Positions 17,286-25,704 of a stretch of 42,752 nt of DNA are shown here, piece after piece (the first letter of the stretch is position 1; every line of letters begins with the position of its first letter). The notes under the pieces were generated by a model. That model had not been told where the DNA came from. It did not search any database and worked only from the letters and a program-made list of their open reading frames with translations. Position numbers and translations under genes: made by a program. Source of the stretch: a virus. The DNA is taken from the IMG/VR virus record IMGVR_UViG_3300029775_000005, positions 1 to 42,752 of that record; one strand, 5' to 3'.

Positions 17286-18329
17286 TCACACTCCCAGGGT
17301 CAGTTTCAGGGCGAACGTCTGCAGGTCGCCGGCCAGGGTCGCCTGGATCTCGACGCCCTGCAGGATCCGGGCCTCCTTGTCGGCCGCGGGGATGTCCGCG
17401 AGCGCCGGGATCTCGATCTGATACGCCGCCAGGGCGTTCTGCCGCACCAGGCTATCGAGCGGTGCCGCGATCGCGGCCTTGACCATCTCAAGCCCGAGGT
17501 CAGTATACGGGATCTTCTCTGCCTTCTGCCGGAGGGCGGCGACGCCCTCCGGGATCATCTTCGCCAGATATTGTTTGGTCCGGGTGATATCGATCCACCG
17601 GGGGGTGGTTCCGCTGGTGGTCAGATTGTACGAAAAGACTGTTTTCCCGCCCATCTCCATGATGGCGTTCACGTTCCCGGCCTCGAGCGTGGCGAGGTCG
17701 GTCGGGGCGAAGAAGGTCTTGACGTCGCAGGTGATCGGTTTCCACTGCATGCTCACCCAGGGTTTCTGCGCGAGGATGGCGCCGAGGGCTCCGGCCGCGA
17801 TGTCCTGGGTGGTCGTCGGGTCGGCATGCGCGAGGTAGACGCCGTTTCCGCTCGCCAGGGCGGTCCCCTGGGCGACGATGTTTGAGACGGTCTCGCCGGG
17901 CTTGTTCGCGGCCACGAAGAGGAGATCGTAGGCCTCCGCGAACGTCTTGAGTTCTGCCGCCTGCTCGTCCTGCTCTCCGGTGATCCCGGCCAGCACGACG
18001 CCCTGGATCAGTTTGGACGTCGCATGCTGGTTCAGCGATGCCAGGGCAGCCTTGACCTCGTTGGCGCTCGGGACGCCGGGGGTATCGACCTCCATCGAGA
18101 CCGCGTATACCTGCCGGATCCCCTGGTCGAAGAGGGCCCGGCAAGCCTTGTAGACGTCGCTGGTATCGCCGTGCTCCGTGGCGATGGCACCCAGGGCGGT
18201 AAAGGCCTTCGGGACATTCTTCGCCGTGGCGGTGCTTTCTCCGACCACTACCGGGGTGCCCCATGCGCTGATCGTGGCGGCGCTCGGGACGGTCGCCTGG
18301 AGGGTGATCGCCTGTCCTATGGTTGGCAT
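17286..18329 (-). CDS. Contractile tail sheath protein, 347 aa
   Basis: L...NVN...G...G.WIDITR...KIPYTDLG...; DUF3383-like. Confidence 0.9.
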   Translation of the reverse strand: MPTIGQAITLQATVPSAATISAWGTPVVVGESTATAKNVPKAFTALGAIATEHGDTSDVYKACRALFDQGIRQVYAVSMEVDTPGVPSANEVKAALASLNQHATSKLIQGVVLAGITGEQDEQAAELKTFAEAYDLLFVAANKPGETVSNIVAQGTALASGNGVYLAHADPTTTQDIAAGALGAILAQKPWVSMQWKPITCDVKTFFAPTDLATLEAGNVNAIMEMGGKTVFSYNLTTSGTTPRWIDITRTKQYLAKMIPEGVAALRQKAEKIPYTDLGLEMVKAAIAAPLDSLVRQNALAAYQIEIPALADIPAADKEARILQGVEIQATLAGDLQTFALKLTLGV

Positions 18330-18370
18330 GAGAGATGCGTCGGCCGGAGGCGCTTAAAAAGGAGAGTCGG
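18327..18370 (-). promoter_or_regulatory. Late-promoter element, copy 4
   Basis: Same spacing relative to ATG 18329. Confidence 0.8.
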
Positions 18371-18382
18371 GGCCTGGCGGGG

Positions 18383-18622
18383 TCACCGGCCCGGTCGGAG
18401 CCGGGCCAGGACGTCGACCCATTCCCGGGCGATATCGGCGGCCTCGTCCCGGGTGATCCGGACCCGGCCGTCCGGGTCGGGGCGGAGGGCGTCGTCGGTG
18501 ACGTCGACGGCCTCCCGGATCTCGCGCAGCAGCCGGAGGGCGCTCCCCGTCCGGACCGCGTTGAATGCCAGGGCGATCAGGATCCCGGCCTGGACTATGA
18601 TATCGAGGTGCTCTGCGGGCAT
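18383..18622 (-). CDS. Small membrane protein with an N-terminal TM helix (holin-like candidate), 79 aa
   Basis: LDIIVQAGILIALAFNAV hydrophobic helix and charged C-terminus. Confidence 0.6.
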   Translation of the reverse strand: MPAEHLDIIVQAGILIALAFNAVRTGSALRLLREIREAVDVTDDALRPDPDGRVRITRDEAADIAREWVDVLARLRPGR

Positions 18623-18662
18623 ACCTCCCGGTTGCGGGTCGGGGGTTAAAAGGGAACGTCGG
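18620..18662 (-). promoter_or_regulatory. Late-promoter element, variant copy 5
   Basis: CCGACGTTCCCTTTTAA at -40..-24; downstream CCGAC displaced. Confidence 0.6.
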
Positions 18663-18824
18663 GGCGGCGCGCCCAGGGGATCCGGGTGGTCATCCCGGAT
18701 CGACGGGCGTGTGCTTGGGACGAGGATCCCGGGTAATAGAGGGGATCCGGCCCGGCCGGGGCAGACCAGTTTGTCCCGTCCGGGCCGTAGCGTCTGTCTG
18801 TCTGGGTAGGGCCTGCCACAGCCC

Positions 18825-18856
18825 TGATTAGTATGTAATCAAGGCTGCTATATAAA
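18825..18856 (-). promoter_or_regulatory. Consensus TATA box (TTTATATA) followed by palindromic operator TGATTA-N5-TAATCA
   Basis: TATA at 18856-18849; palindrome at 18825-18841 over the predicted start site. Confidence 0.6.
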
Positions 18857-18960
18857 TCTGATTCCGGGCGGGGCGAAAATGGTTTTTTGCGGTGCTTGTG
18901 GGGTGCAGCGGTGCACCCGGGCCCCCGTTTTCTGCTCCTCCCGAGCACCGGGGCCGGTGC

Positions 18961-19467
18961 TCATTCGTCCCGGCGGCCGCGGAGGAGGTTCCCGACCCTC
19001 TCCCGGAGCGGCACTTTTGCGGGCGGCAATCGGGGAATCAGGGACTCGTGGAGGAAAGCGACCTGTCCCTCCAGCCACCGGATCCGGTCGGTCAGGGTAT
19101 CGATCATCCGCTCCCGCTCCTCACCGCGAGCGGTGCAGGAGTGCAGCTCCCCGAGGATCCGGTCGCGCTCCCGCTTCTGCGCGTCGGCGGCCGCCTCGGC
19201 TGTCTCAGCCCGGGCCTGGAGGTCCTCGGCGCGCCGGATGTCGCCGGTCTTGAGCCGGTCGATCTCCTGACGATGCGCTTCGACCTCGTCCAAGAGCCGG
19301 TCGAGGTCCTCCGGGATCATGTCCTTGATCCGGGGGAACCGTTGCCGCTCGAGCCACTCAGTGGTGGCGTCGCTGACGAGCTGGGATCTCGACACCCCTC
19401 TCGTCTCCGCTATATGGTCGAGCTCTGCGATGTCCTCGTCCTCGACCAATCCATACACTCGTCCCAT
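18961..19467 (-). CDS. RHH (CopG-like) DNA-binding protein with coiled coil, 168 aa
   Basis: VYGLVEDEDIAELDHIAETRGVSRSQLVSDA; heptad-rich C-terminus. Confidence 0.75.
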   Translation of the reverse strand: MGRVYGLVEDEDIAELDHIAETRGVSRSQLVSDATTEWLERQRFPRIKDMIPEDLDRLLDEVEAHRQEIDRLKTGDIRRAEDLQARAETAEAAADAQKRERDRILGELHSCTARGEERERMIDTLTDRIRWLEGQVAFLHESLIPRLPPAKVPLRERVGNLLRGRRDE

Positions 19468-19557
19468 GCTGAGAGTGGTTTATTCCGCACAGGCTTTTCT
19501 ATTTTTTGGTGTTTTCGGCGGCGGCGCGGCAGGAGGATGGGGATCAAAAAGGGGGGT

Positions 19558-20082
19558 TTATAATTGCGGGGCTGACCATCTGAGGCCGCACTTCAGCGGC
19601 ACTTTATCCTCCCCCATTTTCATCTCGTAGGGGCCGATGTGGTAGCGCCATCGGGCCGAGTCGACGACCCGGCCCTCATGCCATCGCATGGCGATGATCC
19701 GGGGGTCGAGTTTCCCGCTTGGCCGGGCGCGACCCATGATGTCGCAATGCTCGATCCACCACCCGTCGGCGACGAGTTCGGCGGTGATCGCGTAGAGCGC
19801 CGCCATGATGTCCGGGTATCGGATCTCGTCGTCGTCCCTGCTCCAGCCGTCGTCGTCGCCGGTGCGGTCGACCTGGCAGAAGAAAAACGCCAGGAGGTGG
19901 TCGGCGCCGGGAAAGTGGAAATTGGCGTTCGAGATCTCGACCTGGGGCGGCTTGATCGCGTGCGGGATCTCCGCTGCGGCGATGCGGTCCGCCCACTCCC
20001 GGGAGGTCGTCCGGTAGAGAGGGGTGCCGTCCTGGTCGGCGGGGGAGAAATACTGAAAAAGGGAGGTCTGGTTCCGGGTCAT
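19558..20082 (-). CDS. Hypothetical protein, 174 aa
   Basis: ATGA overlap; natural composition. Confidence 0.65.
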   Translation of the reverse strand: MTRNQTSLFQYFSPADQDGTPLYRTTSREWADRIAAAEIPHAIKPPQVEISNANFHFPGADHLLAFFFCQVDRTGDDDGWSRDDDEIRYPDIMAALYAITAELVADGWWIEHCDIMGRARPSGKLDPRIIAMRWHEGRVVDSARWRYHIGPYEMKMGEDKVPLKCGLRWSAPQL

Positions 20083-20426
20083 TCCTCGACCTCCCGGGCG
20101 GCCCAGGCCAGGAAGGCCTCGACGGCGATCTTCGGGTAGTGCCGTCCGTCCCGCACCGCCGGCCCGTCGTACTGGACCTGGTGGGCGTCCCGCCAGATTA
20201 TCGTACGATCATTGTAGAGGTTGCCGAAAACACCAGCCTTCCGGGGTTTTTTCGCCCGGTAGGTTTTGCCGACCTGGAGGTCCTCGGCGGTGAGCCCGGG
20301 ATCCTTGGGGCAGCCGTCCGGGTTGTGCCGGGGCACCTGTCCGGTGATCCGGCACCGGAACCCGAACTCGCCCGGGGGGATGATGAGGTCTTCGCACCTC
20401 CGGGCCTTGCAGGCCTTGGTGCTCAT
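20079..20426 (-). CDS. Hypothetical protein, Cys cluster plus SH3-like segment, 115 aa
   Basis: C-x4-C...C...C, then LQVGKTYRAK...RTIIW; ATGA overlap. Confidence 0.65.
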   Translation of the reverse strand: MSTKACKARRCEDLIIPPGEFGFRCRITGQVPRHNPDGCPKDPGLTAEDLQVGKTYRAKKPRKAGVFGNLYNDRTIIWRDAHQVQYDGPAVRDGRHYPKIAVEAFLAWAAREVEE

Positions 20427-20806
20427 CTGCATGGGTCCCCCTCCGGGGCTATGCCGGCCTGATACAGGATCCAGTCCGCGATCGCTCGCGGGTCGGCGAC
20501 GTCGACCCGCTCGAATTTGAGGAGGGTGAACAGGTCCCGGCGCTCCTGGGGCGTCAGGGGGAGGGTGAGGTGCTCCATGGCCGCTTTCGCGATCCCACGG
20601 GGGGTGATCTGCCATCGGGTGATGTTAGGATCGCTCCCGCCTTGGCGACGGGGGGTATGTCTCCTTGCGTACCCTGCTCTCTGCATGGCAGCCAGGGTCG
20701 AGGGCGAGGATAGGCCCGCCCGAAGGTGGGCCTCAGCAAACGTGAACGTATCCTCCCCGAAGGCCTGCACCAGGTGGGCCAGGGTGTCAAGGGGCGAAGC
20801 GGGCAT
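20423..20806 (-). CDS. Winged-helix protein, paralog 3
   Basis: FTFAEA...LAAMQRAGY...WQITPRG. Confidence 0.7.
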   Translation of the reverse strand: MPASPLDTLAHLVQAFGEDTFTFAEAHLRAGLSSPSTLAAMQRAGYARRHTPRRQGGSDPNITRWQITPRGIAKAAMEHLTLPLTPQERRDLFTLLKFERVDVADPRAIADWILYQAGIAPEGDPCR

Positions 20807-21041
20807 CGAACCTCCTCGCTCTCAGGATCCCCGTCGGCGTGATCTGCCAGACGGGAGAGGTATATCTCCGCCCGGTCCCGGTCGCCGGGGAAACGAGCTG
20901 CACGTATCCTCGCTTCCGGAGATGGCTCAAGACCTGGGTCGTGGGGATGCCGAACTCCCGGGATACCTCGGAGGCCGAAAACGGCTGGTTCCCGAACCGC
21001 TCAACTAGGAGAACCAGGCGGTCGGTGAGCGTGGGGGCCAT
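20787..21041 (-). CDS. Winged-helix protein, paralog 2
   Basis: FSASEV...LSHLRKRGY...WQITPTG. Confidence 0.75.
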   Translation of the reverse strand: MAPTLTDRLVLLVERFGNQPFSASEVSREFGIPTTQVLSHLRKRGYVQLVSPATGTGRRYTSPVWQITPTGILRARRFDARFAP

Positions 21042-21334
21042 CAGGCCTCAACCTCCTCCGGATACCGTTTGAGGGCGCGGACCGCGTCCGGCGTGAGGAG
21101 CCAGGTCTTGGGCCCGTGCTGATGCTGCCGGCGCCGGGGTAGCCCGGTTTGCGATTGGGCCTCGTCCGGAGGATGCATTAGGATCCCGTCGTTCCGGAGT
21201 TTCGCGAGGTTGCCGGGGTGCACCTGGATCCCGGCCTGGACGATCTGCTCATAGGTAAATTCGGCGTCTCGTCTCACCCGGAATATCGCCGCGGCCATGT
21301 CGAACCCGCGTTTCCCGGGGCTAAATCCTCGCAT
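21041..21334 (-). CDS. Winged-helix protein, paralog 1
   Basis: FTYEQI...LAKLRNDGI...WLLTPDA. Confidence 0.65.
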   Translation of the reverse strand: MRGFSPGKRGFDMAAAIFRVRRDAEFTYEQIVQAGIQVHPGNLAKLRNDGILMHPPDEAQSQTGLPRRRQHQHGPKTWLLTPDAVRALKRYPEEVEA

Positions 21335-21337
21335 CGG

Positions 21338-21643
21338 TCAGGCCTCCTGGACGGTCTGGGTGGGGAAGGCCACCTCGAACCCGACCCGGCGCTCCGTCAG
21401 CTCCTCGCTGTAGAGGAAGAGGGCCTCTGCCTCCGTGATCGGCTCGAGCCGGGCCTGCTCGCCCTGCCAGGCGGTCCGGTGCTGCAGGAAGTACCTGCCG
21501 GCCGGGGAGCGGTAGAGAAAGCGGTTCCGGCCGCGGCGCTCGTAGTTGTGCCCGTCCCACCAGTCGTCGCCGGCGAGCAGGGTCGCTTTTTCGGTATCGT
21601 AGGCCAGCAGGCCGTGGGTCTCGCGCAGGGAGAGGGGTTTCAT
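21338..21643 (-). CDS. Conserved-type phage hypothetical protein, 101 aa
   Basis: YDTEKATLL...LYRSPAGRYFL...LEPITEAEA pattern. Confidence 0.7.
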   Translation of the reverse strand: MKPLSLRETHGLLAYDTEKATLLAGDDWWDGHNYERRGRNRFLYRSPAGRYFLQHRTAWQGEQARLEPITEAEALFLYSEELTERRVGFEVAFPTQTVQEA

Positions 21644-22128
21644 CGGGATCCCTCCGTCCGGGCCGCGACGAGGTCGCCCAGGCTGCGTTTTTTGTATCCT
21701 CGCTGCCGATCGAGTTCGTCGTCGATCTCCGCCTGGGTGACGCCGATCTTCCCGAGGCTCAGTTCGTACCGGCAGGCCGGGCAGCGCAGGGTGATCCAGA
21801 GGTCGGATCCGTAGCCCGGGAGCCGGTATCCGCCGGTGCCGCGGTGGTCGCGCACCTGGAGGTATCCGGCCGTGAGGGACTCGCCGCATCCCCTGCAGGA
21901 GATCCGGTAGGTTCCGCTCCGGGCCCGGTTCCGGGCATATGCCTTCTGCACGGCCTTGAACGACCGGCCGGCCAGTTTCGCGTCGACGACCGTGATCGTC
22001 GAGCCGTCCTCATGGGTCGTCCTGGTCGCGGCGCGGATCTTGGCGTAGCACTCGGGCCCGTAGCCGCGGGCGACCGAGGTGGGATCCGAGAGGATCCGGC
22101 CGCAGGCGATGCATCGCCGGGACGTCAT
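21640..22128 (-). CDS. DUF6011-like zinc finger plus a second zinc ribbon, 162 aa
   Basis: CIACGRILSDPTSVARGYGPEC; CRGC...CPAC. Confidence 0.75.
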   Translation of the reverse strand: MTSRRCIACGRILSDPTSVARGYGPECYAKIRAATRTTHEDGSTITVVDAKLAGRSFKAVQKAYARNRARSGTYRISCRGCGESLTAGYLQVRDHRGTGGYRLPGYGSDLWITLRCPACRYELSLGKIGVTQAEIDDELDRQRGYKKRSLGDLVAARTEGSR

Positions 22129-22262
22129 CGCTGCTCCTCCCCCTTCTTCGATTTCCGGACCGCGACGATCGGCCAGGTCTCGGGCGGGGCCTCGGGGTCG
22201 GTGACCTCTGCCTCGACGATGCCCCGGGGGCCGCGCCGGTATGCCCTGGGTGGGGTGCTCAT
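22125..22262 (-). CDS. Small protein, 45 aa
   Basis: ATGA overlaps at both ends. Confidence 0.5.
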   Translation of the reverse strand: MSTPPRAYRRGPRGIVEAEVTDPEAPPETWPIVAVRKSKKGEEQR

Positions 22263-22450
22263 GCGCTCCCTCCTTCCTGCGCGTTGAGATTTGAAACCGT
22301 TTCTTCGACCGCGTCTCGATCCGTCGTGTATCCTCCGGAGTATTCGACGTTCCCTCCGTGGAGGGGCTGCGTCGGATCCCGCGGGCGGCCGGCAATGAAC
22401 ATCCGCTGGCTGTCGATAACCTGCGAGAACACGCGCCATGGGGCCGCCAT
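22259..22450 (-). CDS. Small phage-type protein, 63 aa
   Basis: WRVFSQVID...MFIAGR.RD...PLHGGNVEY; GGAGG upstream. Confidence 0.65.
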   Translation of the reverse strand: MAAPWRVFSQVIDSQRMFIAGRPRDPTQPLHGGNVEYSGGYTTDRDAVEETVSNLNAQEGGSA

Positions 22451-22451
22451 G

Positions 22452-23045
22452 TTAGGCCTCCTCCTCGTCGCGCTTCCCGGGACTCTCCCGGTCGGGCCGG
22501 ACCTCGCGCCAGATGTGGGCCGGGGGTCGGGGTTGCTCCCCGGCCGCCGGGGCCTGGTCGGGGGTCCGCCGGAACCCCAGGGAGCGCTCCTTCTCGTCCT
22601 GGATGCAGCCATCCAGGTGTTCGAGCCGGGCCTCCAGGGCCTCGATCCGGTGCAGGAGTTCGTCCCGCTCCTGGTAGAGGTCGTGGCGGTGCTTGTCGAG
22701 GTCGGCGATCTGCTCATTCCGGTTCCGGAGCTTGGTCTCGAGGTCGGCGGTGCACTCCCGCACCGCGTCCTCGATGATGGCCGCCAGGTGAGCCCTGGGG
22801 ATCGCGTTCTCGGGGCAGTCCTGGACGTTCGCGTGGACGGGGATCCCGTAAAGAGTCCACTTTCCGGGCTCCTGGTCGTTCCGGGCGGCGATGATCAGGC
22901 CGGGTTTGGATCCGGGGGTTACGAACACCTGGACGTTCTCTAGCTGGTAGGCACTCTGGTTCAGGGCCGCGTTGTTCAGGGCCGGGTCCGACTCGTAGTC
23001 CTCGTCGCTCAGCACTTCAATGTGGTAAAGGGGGAGGGCCTTCAT
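22452..23045 (-). CDS. Coiled-coil protein, 197 aa
   Basis: Heptad stretch LETKL...LEARLEHL. Confidence 0.7.
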   Translation of the reverse strand: MKALPLYHIEVLSDEDYESDPALNNAALNQSAYQLENVQVFVTPGSKPGLIIAARNDQEPGKWTLYGIPVHANVQDCPENAIPRAHLAAIIEDAVRECTADLETKLRNRNEQIADLDKHRHDLYQERDELLHRIEALEARLEHLDGCIQDEKERSLGFRRTPDQAPAAGEQPRPPAHIWREVRPDRESPGKRDEEEA

Positions 23046-23046
23046 T

Positions 23047-23370
23047 TTAGATCCCTCCCCGCTGCATGATCGCTTCCGAGCCGGCCCTGATGTGCAGGGT
23101 TATGCGGTCGATCTCCTCTGTCCAGCGCCCTTCCTCGTCCTGGTAGACCACTGTGATCTTGGTCAGGTTGCTCGGGCAGTCGAGTTCCTCCTGGAGCATC
23201 CTCTGAACCGCCCGCTGGTAGGGGGCGTTTCCGGGGAGAAAGGGGTTGTTGCCGGCCGTGACCTCGTAGGTCTCGTCGTTCACACCTTCAAAACAGAGCC
23301 GGATTTGGTGCATCTGGCTTTCCTCGGCCCTGGTCGAGGCCGCTTCCTGGGTTGCTTCATGTCCATGCAT
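23047..23370 (-). CDS. Hypothetical protein, 107 aa; first gene of the embedded operon
   Basis: GACAGACAGATC-ATG context downstream of a strong TATA box. Confidence 0.65.
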   Translation of the reverse strand: MHGHEATQEAASTRAEESQMHQIRLCFEGVNDETYEVTAGNNPFLPGNAPYQRAVQRMLQEELDCPSNLTKITVVYQDEEGRWTEEIDRITLHIRAGSEAIMQRGGI

Positions 23371-23440
23371 GATCTGTCTGTCCTGGAGTCCGGGCGTCTA
23401 TGCGCTCCTTTGGGCTCCTATACATACCTTTACCTGTGAG

Positions 23441-23462
23441 TATATATAACCATCCTTTTTGT
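23441..23462 (-). promoter_or_regulatory. Canonical archaeal promoter (purine-rich BRE-like segment plus TTATATATA)
   Basis: Minus strand AAAAAGGATGGTTATATATAC; no CCGAC flanks. Confidence 0.7.
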
Positions 23463-23567
23463 TCGGCGGGCGGTGCTGGCCTGATTCGGGCAGAGGGCGC
23501 CGGATAATGAAGTTCTGATTTTGCCCGATCGGTGAAAAATGGGGGTGGGCCGTCCGGGTGCGGCACC

Positions 23568-24077
23568 TCATCCCAGGTAGGCGATCGCCGCTGCGGCGCC
23601 GGCGGCGGCTCCTACCAGGAGCCCGAGGGTAAAGGCCCGGGCCTCCGTCCGCTCCATCGAGAGGATCCAGTCGAGGAGGTGGAGCGCCGTCCGCGCCAGG
23701 TCCTCCTTCGGCACCGGGAGGTCGGCCGGCGGCTCCGCAGGGGCTTCCTCCTCCTCCGGCGGGTCCTTGACCGGGACATGATCCGGGATCTCCTCGGCCG
23801 CGACCTTGATGATCACGCTTCCCACGCCGACCTCCGGCGGGGCGTCCGGAGCGTCCTTCCGAATCCGGGCCGTCCGGAACTTCACCAGGTACTGCCCGGG
23901 AGCCTGGAAGGTGGTTTCGATCGCTGCCTGCCCGGTCACCTGGTGGAGGAGCGGTTTGTCCGGCAGGTCCTCGTCCCGGATCTCGATCCAGGTCTCGTCG
24001 GGGATCCCGACGTCGGTCGTCCAGACGCGATACCGCATCGGCCCGGTCTTTTCCTTCTCGATGTTTACGATCCACAT
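23568..24077 (-). CDS. Membrane-anchored late protein with a C-terminal TM helix, 169 aa
   Basis: AFTLGLLVGAAAGAAAAIAYLG terminus; own late promoter. Confidence 0.7.
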   Translation of the reverse strand: MWIVNIEKEKTGPMRYRVWTTDVGIPDETWIEIRDEDLPDKPLLHQVTGQAAIETTFQAPGQYLVKFRTARIRKDAPDAPPEVGVGSVIIKVAAEEIPDHVPVKDPPEEEEAPAEPPADLPVPKEDLARTALHLLDWILSMERTEARAFTLGLLVGAAAGAAAAIAYLG

Positions 24078-24118
24078 GTCTGTGGCGTCGGCCGGAGGCG
24101 GTTAAAAAGGAGAGTCGG
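24075..24118 (-). promoter_or_regulatory. Late-promoter element, copy 6
   Basis: Same spacing relative to ATG 24077. Confidence 0.8.
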
Positions 24119-24146
24119 GGGCGGGCGCGAGAACCGCGGCCGGGGC

Positions 24147-24674
24147 TCACTCCCGGACGATCTCCGGGTCGTAGGTGGCATATCGGCCGGCCCGCCAGTC
24201 GTCGATGAGATCCTGATAAAATGCGTGCTGCCAGCCGGCCTCGGCGATCAAGTCGTATCGCCGGGTGATCCGGTAGAGCAGCCGGCGGAGGGCCGATGCC
24301 TCGATCCAGTCGTGCATCCGGTCGGGGTTGTGCTGGCCGTCGTCGAGCAGGTGGAGGAGTTCATGCGTCGCCCGGAGGTTCAGGGTGCGCCGGTCGTCGC
24401 CCGGGCAGACCATGATCGAGGCTCCTCCGCGCCAGGCGCCGCCGCGGATATGCGTGGTGCGGCCGTCCTGCGGGAAGGCATAGAGGGTCCCGGGCTCCGG
24501 GACCAGGGGCCAGTCCTGCCAGGTCGGCCCCCATCCCCAGGCGGGGTCGGGGTATCGGAGCCGGGCCGGCCGGCCGGTGGTGGTCGTGACCTGGAAGATC
24601 GGGGGCAGGCGGATCGGGTGCTGCAGGTCGAGGTCGGGGTCGAGGTAGAGCCGAATGTGGGCGGTCGGGGTCAT
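24147..24674 (-). CDS. Zinc metallopeptidase (zincin) late protein, 175 aa
   Basis: HELLHLLDDGQHNPD motif; start reassigned to 24674 using the promoter element. Confidence 0.7.
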   Translation of the reverse strand: MTPTAHIRLYLDPDLDLQHPIRLPPIFQVTTTTGRPARLRYPDPAWGWGPTWQDWPLVPEPGTLYAFPQDGRTTHIRGGAWRGGASIMVCPGDDRRTLNLRATHELLHLLDDGQHNPDRMHDWIEASALRRLLYRITRRYDLIAEAGWQHAFYQDLIDDWRAGRYATYDPEIVRE

Positions 24675-24714
24675 GCAGGAGGGGTCGGGGCCCGGGGATA
24701 AAAGGGAACGTCGG
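24672..24714 (-). promoter_or_regulatory. Late-promoter element, variant copy 7
   Basis: CCGACGTTCCCTTTTAT upstream and CCGAC at -14. Confidence 0.7.
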
Positions 24715-24820
24715 ACCGTCATATCGGCCCTGTGGCGGCCGCAAGCCGGGCGGAGTATGTCCAGCATGGCCCGGTGCACGATCGGGGATTTTTGCCCCTA
24801 TGGGGGGGCTATCAGGTGCG

Positions 24821-25363
24821 TCACTGCACCGACAGGGTATGGTCGATCTCCTCGATCGTCCGGACGGCCACCAGGTATGCGGTCGGCACCTCGATGATGA
24901 CGTCCATCTGCCGGCGGGCTCTCCCCTCCTCCAGGTAGGAGAGATCGTGCACCGGGCCGCGCTCCCGGACGGTGACGGCCCGGGGCAGGTCGCGGATGCT
25001 CCAGAGGATCAGGGCGTCGGCTGCCTGGTCGACCAGGTCCTCGCCGGGAGGTTCGCCGCCGGCCCGGGCGAAGAGGTTGAGGCTCATCGTGACGGCGGTG
25101 ATCTCGCCCCGGGTCTCGACGATATCGCCCTCCTCCGGGACCCTGACGGCCAGGAGGCGGTTCGTCGGGGTCGCTGCGCTCGGCCTGTCGTCCATGAAGC
25201 GGAACGTCAGGACGATGGGGGCGGTCTTGAGGTGGTCGTCGACCCGGGCGTGGCGGGCGTCCTCGACGTAGATCTGTTTCGGCGTGGTGGCGCCGTCCGG
25301 GGCGGTGTGGGTGAGGGTCTTCGGGATGCTCTTGATCATGCTCTGGATGGTCGCGGGTTTCAT
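24821..25363 (-). CDS. Tail terminator / completion protein
   Basis: Position after the neck gene; about 180 aa alpha/beta pattern. Confidence 0.6.
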   Translation of the reverse strand: MKPATIQSMIKSIPKTLTHTAPDGATTPKQIYVEDARHARVDDHLKTAPIVLTFRFMDDRPSAATPTNRLLAVRVPEEGDIVETRGEITAVTMSLNLFARAGGEPPGEDLVDQAADALILWSIRDLPRAVTVRERGPVHDLSYLEEGRARRQMDVIIEVPTAYLVAVRTIEEIDHTLSVQ

Positions 25364-25704
25364 CCTGCTCCTCCTCTGATCATCGTGACCAGGCTCATGA
25401 GTTTCTCGAAAATGATGTACAAAACGGCCCCGACGGAGCCGGCCAGGACGGTGTAGCCCAGGGCGAGAACGGCCACCTTGGTCTTGAGCCGGCCGATCTC
25501 CTTCTCCTGCACATCCTGCTCCTCCTGGAGATCTTCGACGGCTTTCTCGATGTGCATCTGGTTGATCCGGGTGACGGCCGCGGCCTCTTTGATCTCGGCG
25601 ATCGCGTCATCCAGCTCGTCGACCTTCTTCTCGAGCCGGTCGGCGATGCGTAAAAAAACGGTCTCAAGATCGTGCGCCGGTGGTCCGCCGGTCTGTCCGC
25701 TCAT
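25360..25704 (-). CDS. Coiled coil plus C-terminal TM protein (XhlA/BhlA-holin-like architecture), 114 aa
   Basis: LEKKVDELDD...IGRLKTK followed by VAVLALGYTVLAGSVGAVLYIIF. Confidence 0.65.
   Translation of the reverse strand: MSGQTGGPPAHDLETVFLRIADRLEKKVDELDDAIAEIKEAAAVTRINQMHIEKAVEDLQEEQDVQEKEIGRLKTKVAVLALGYTVLAGSVGAVLYIIFEKLMSLVTMIRGGAG

Noticed and set aside
8327-18329. Tailocin or extracellular contractile injection system
   Set aside because: Capsid, portal, protease and terminase are all present, so this is a virus
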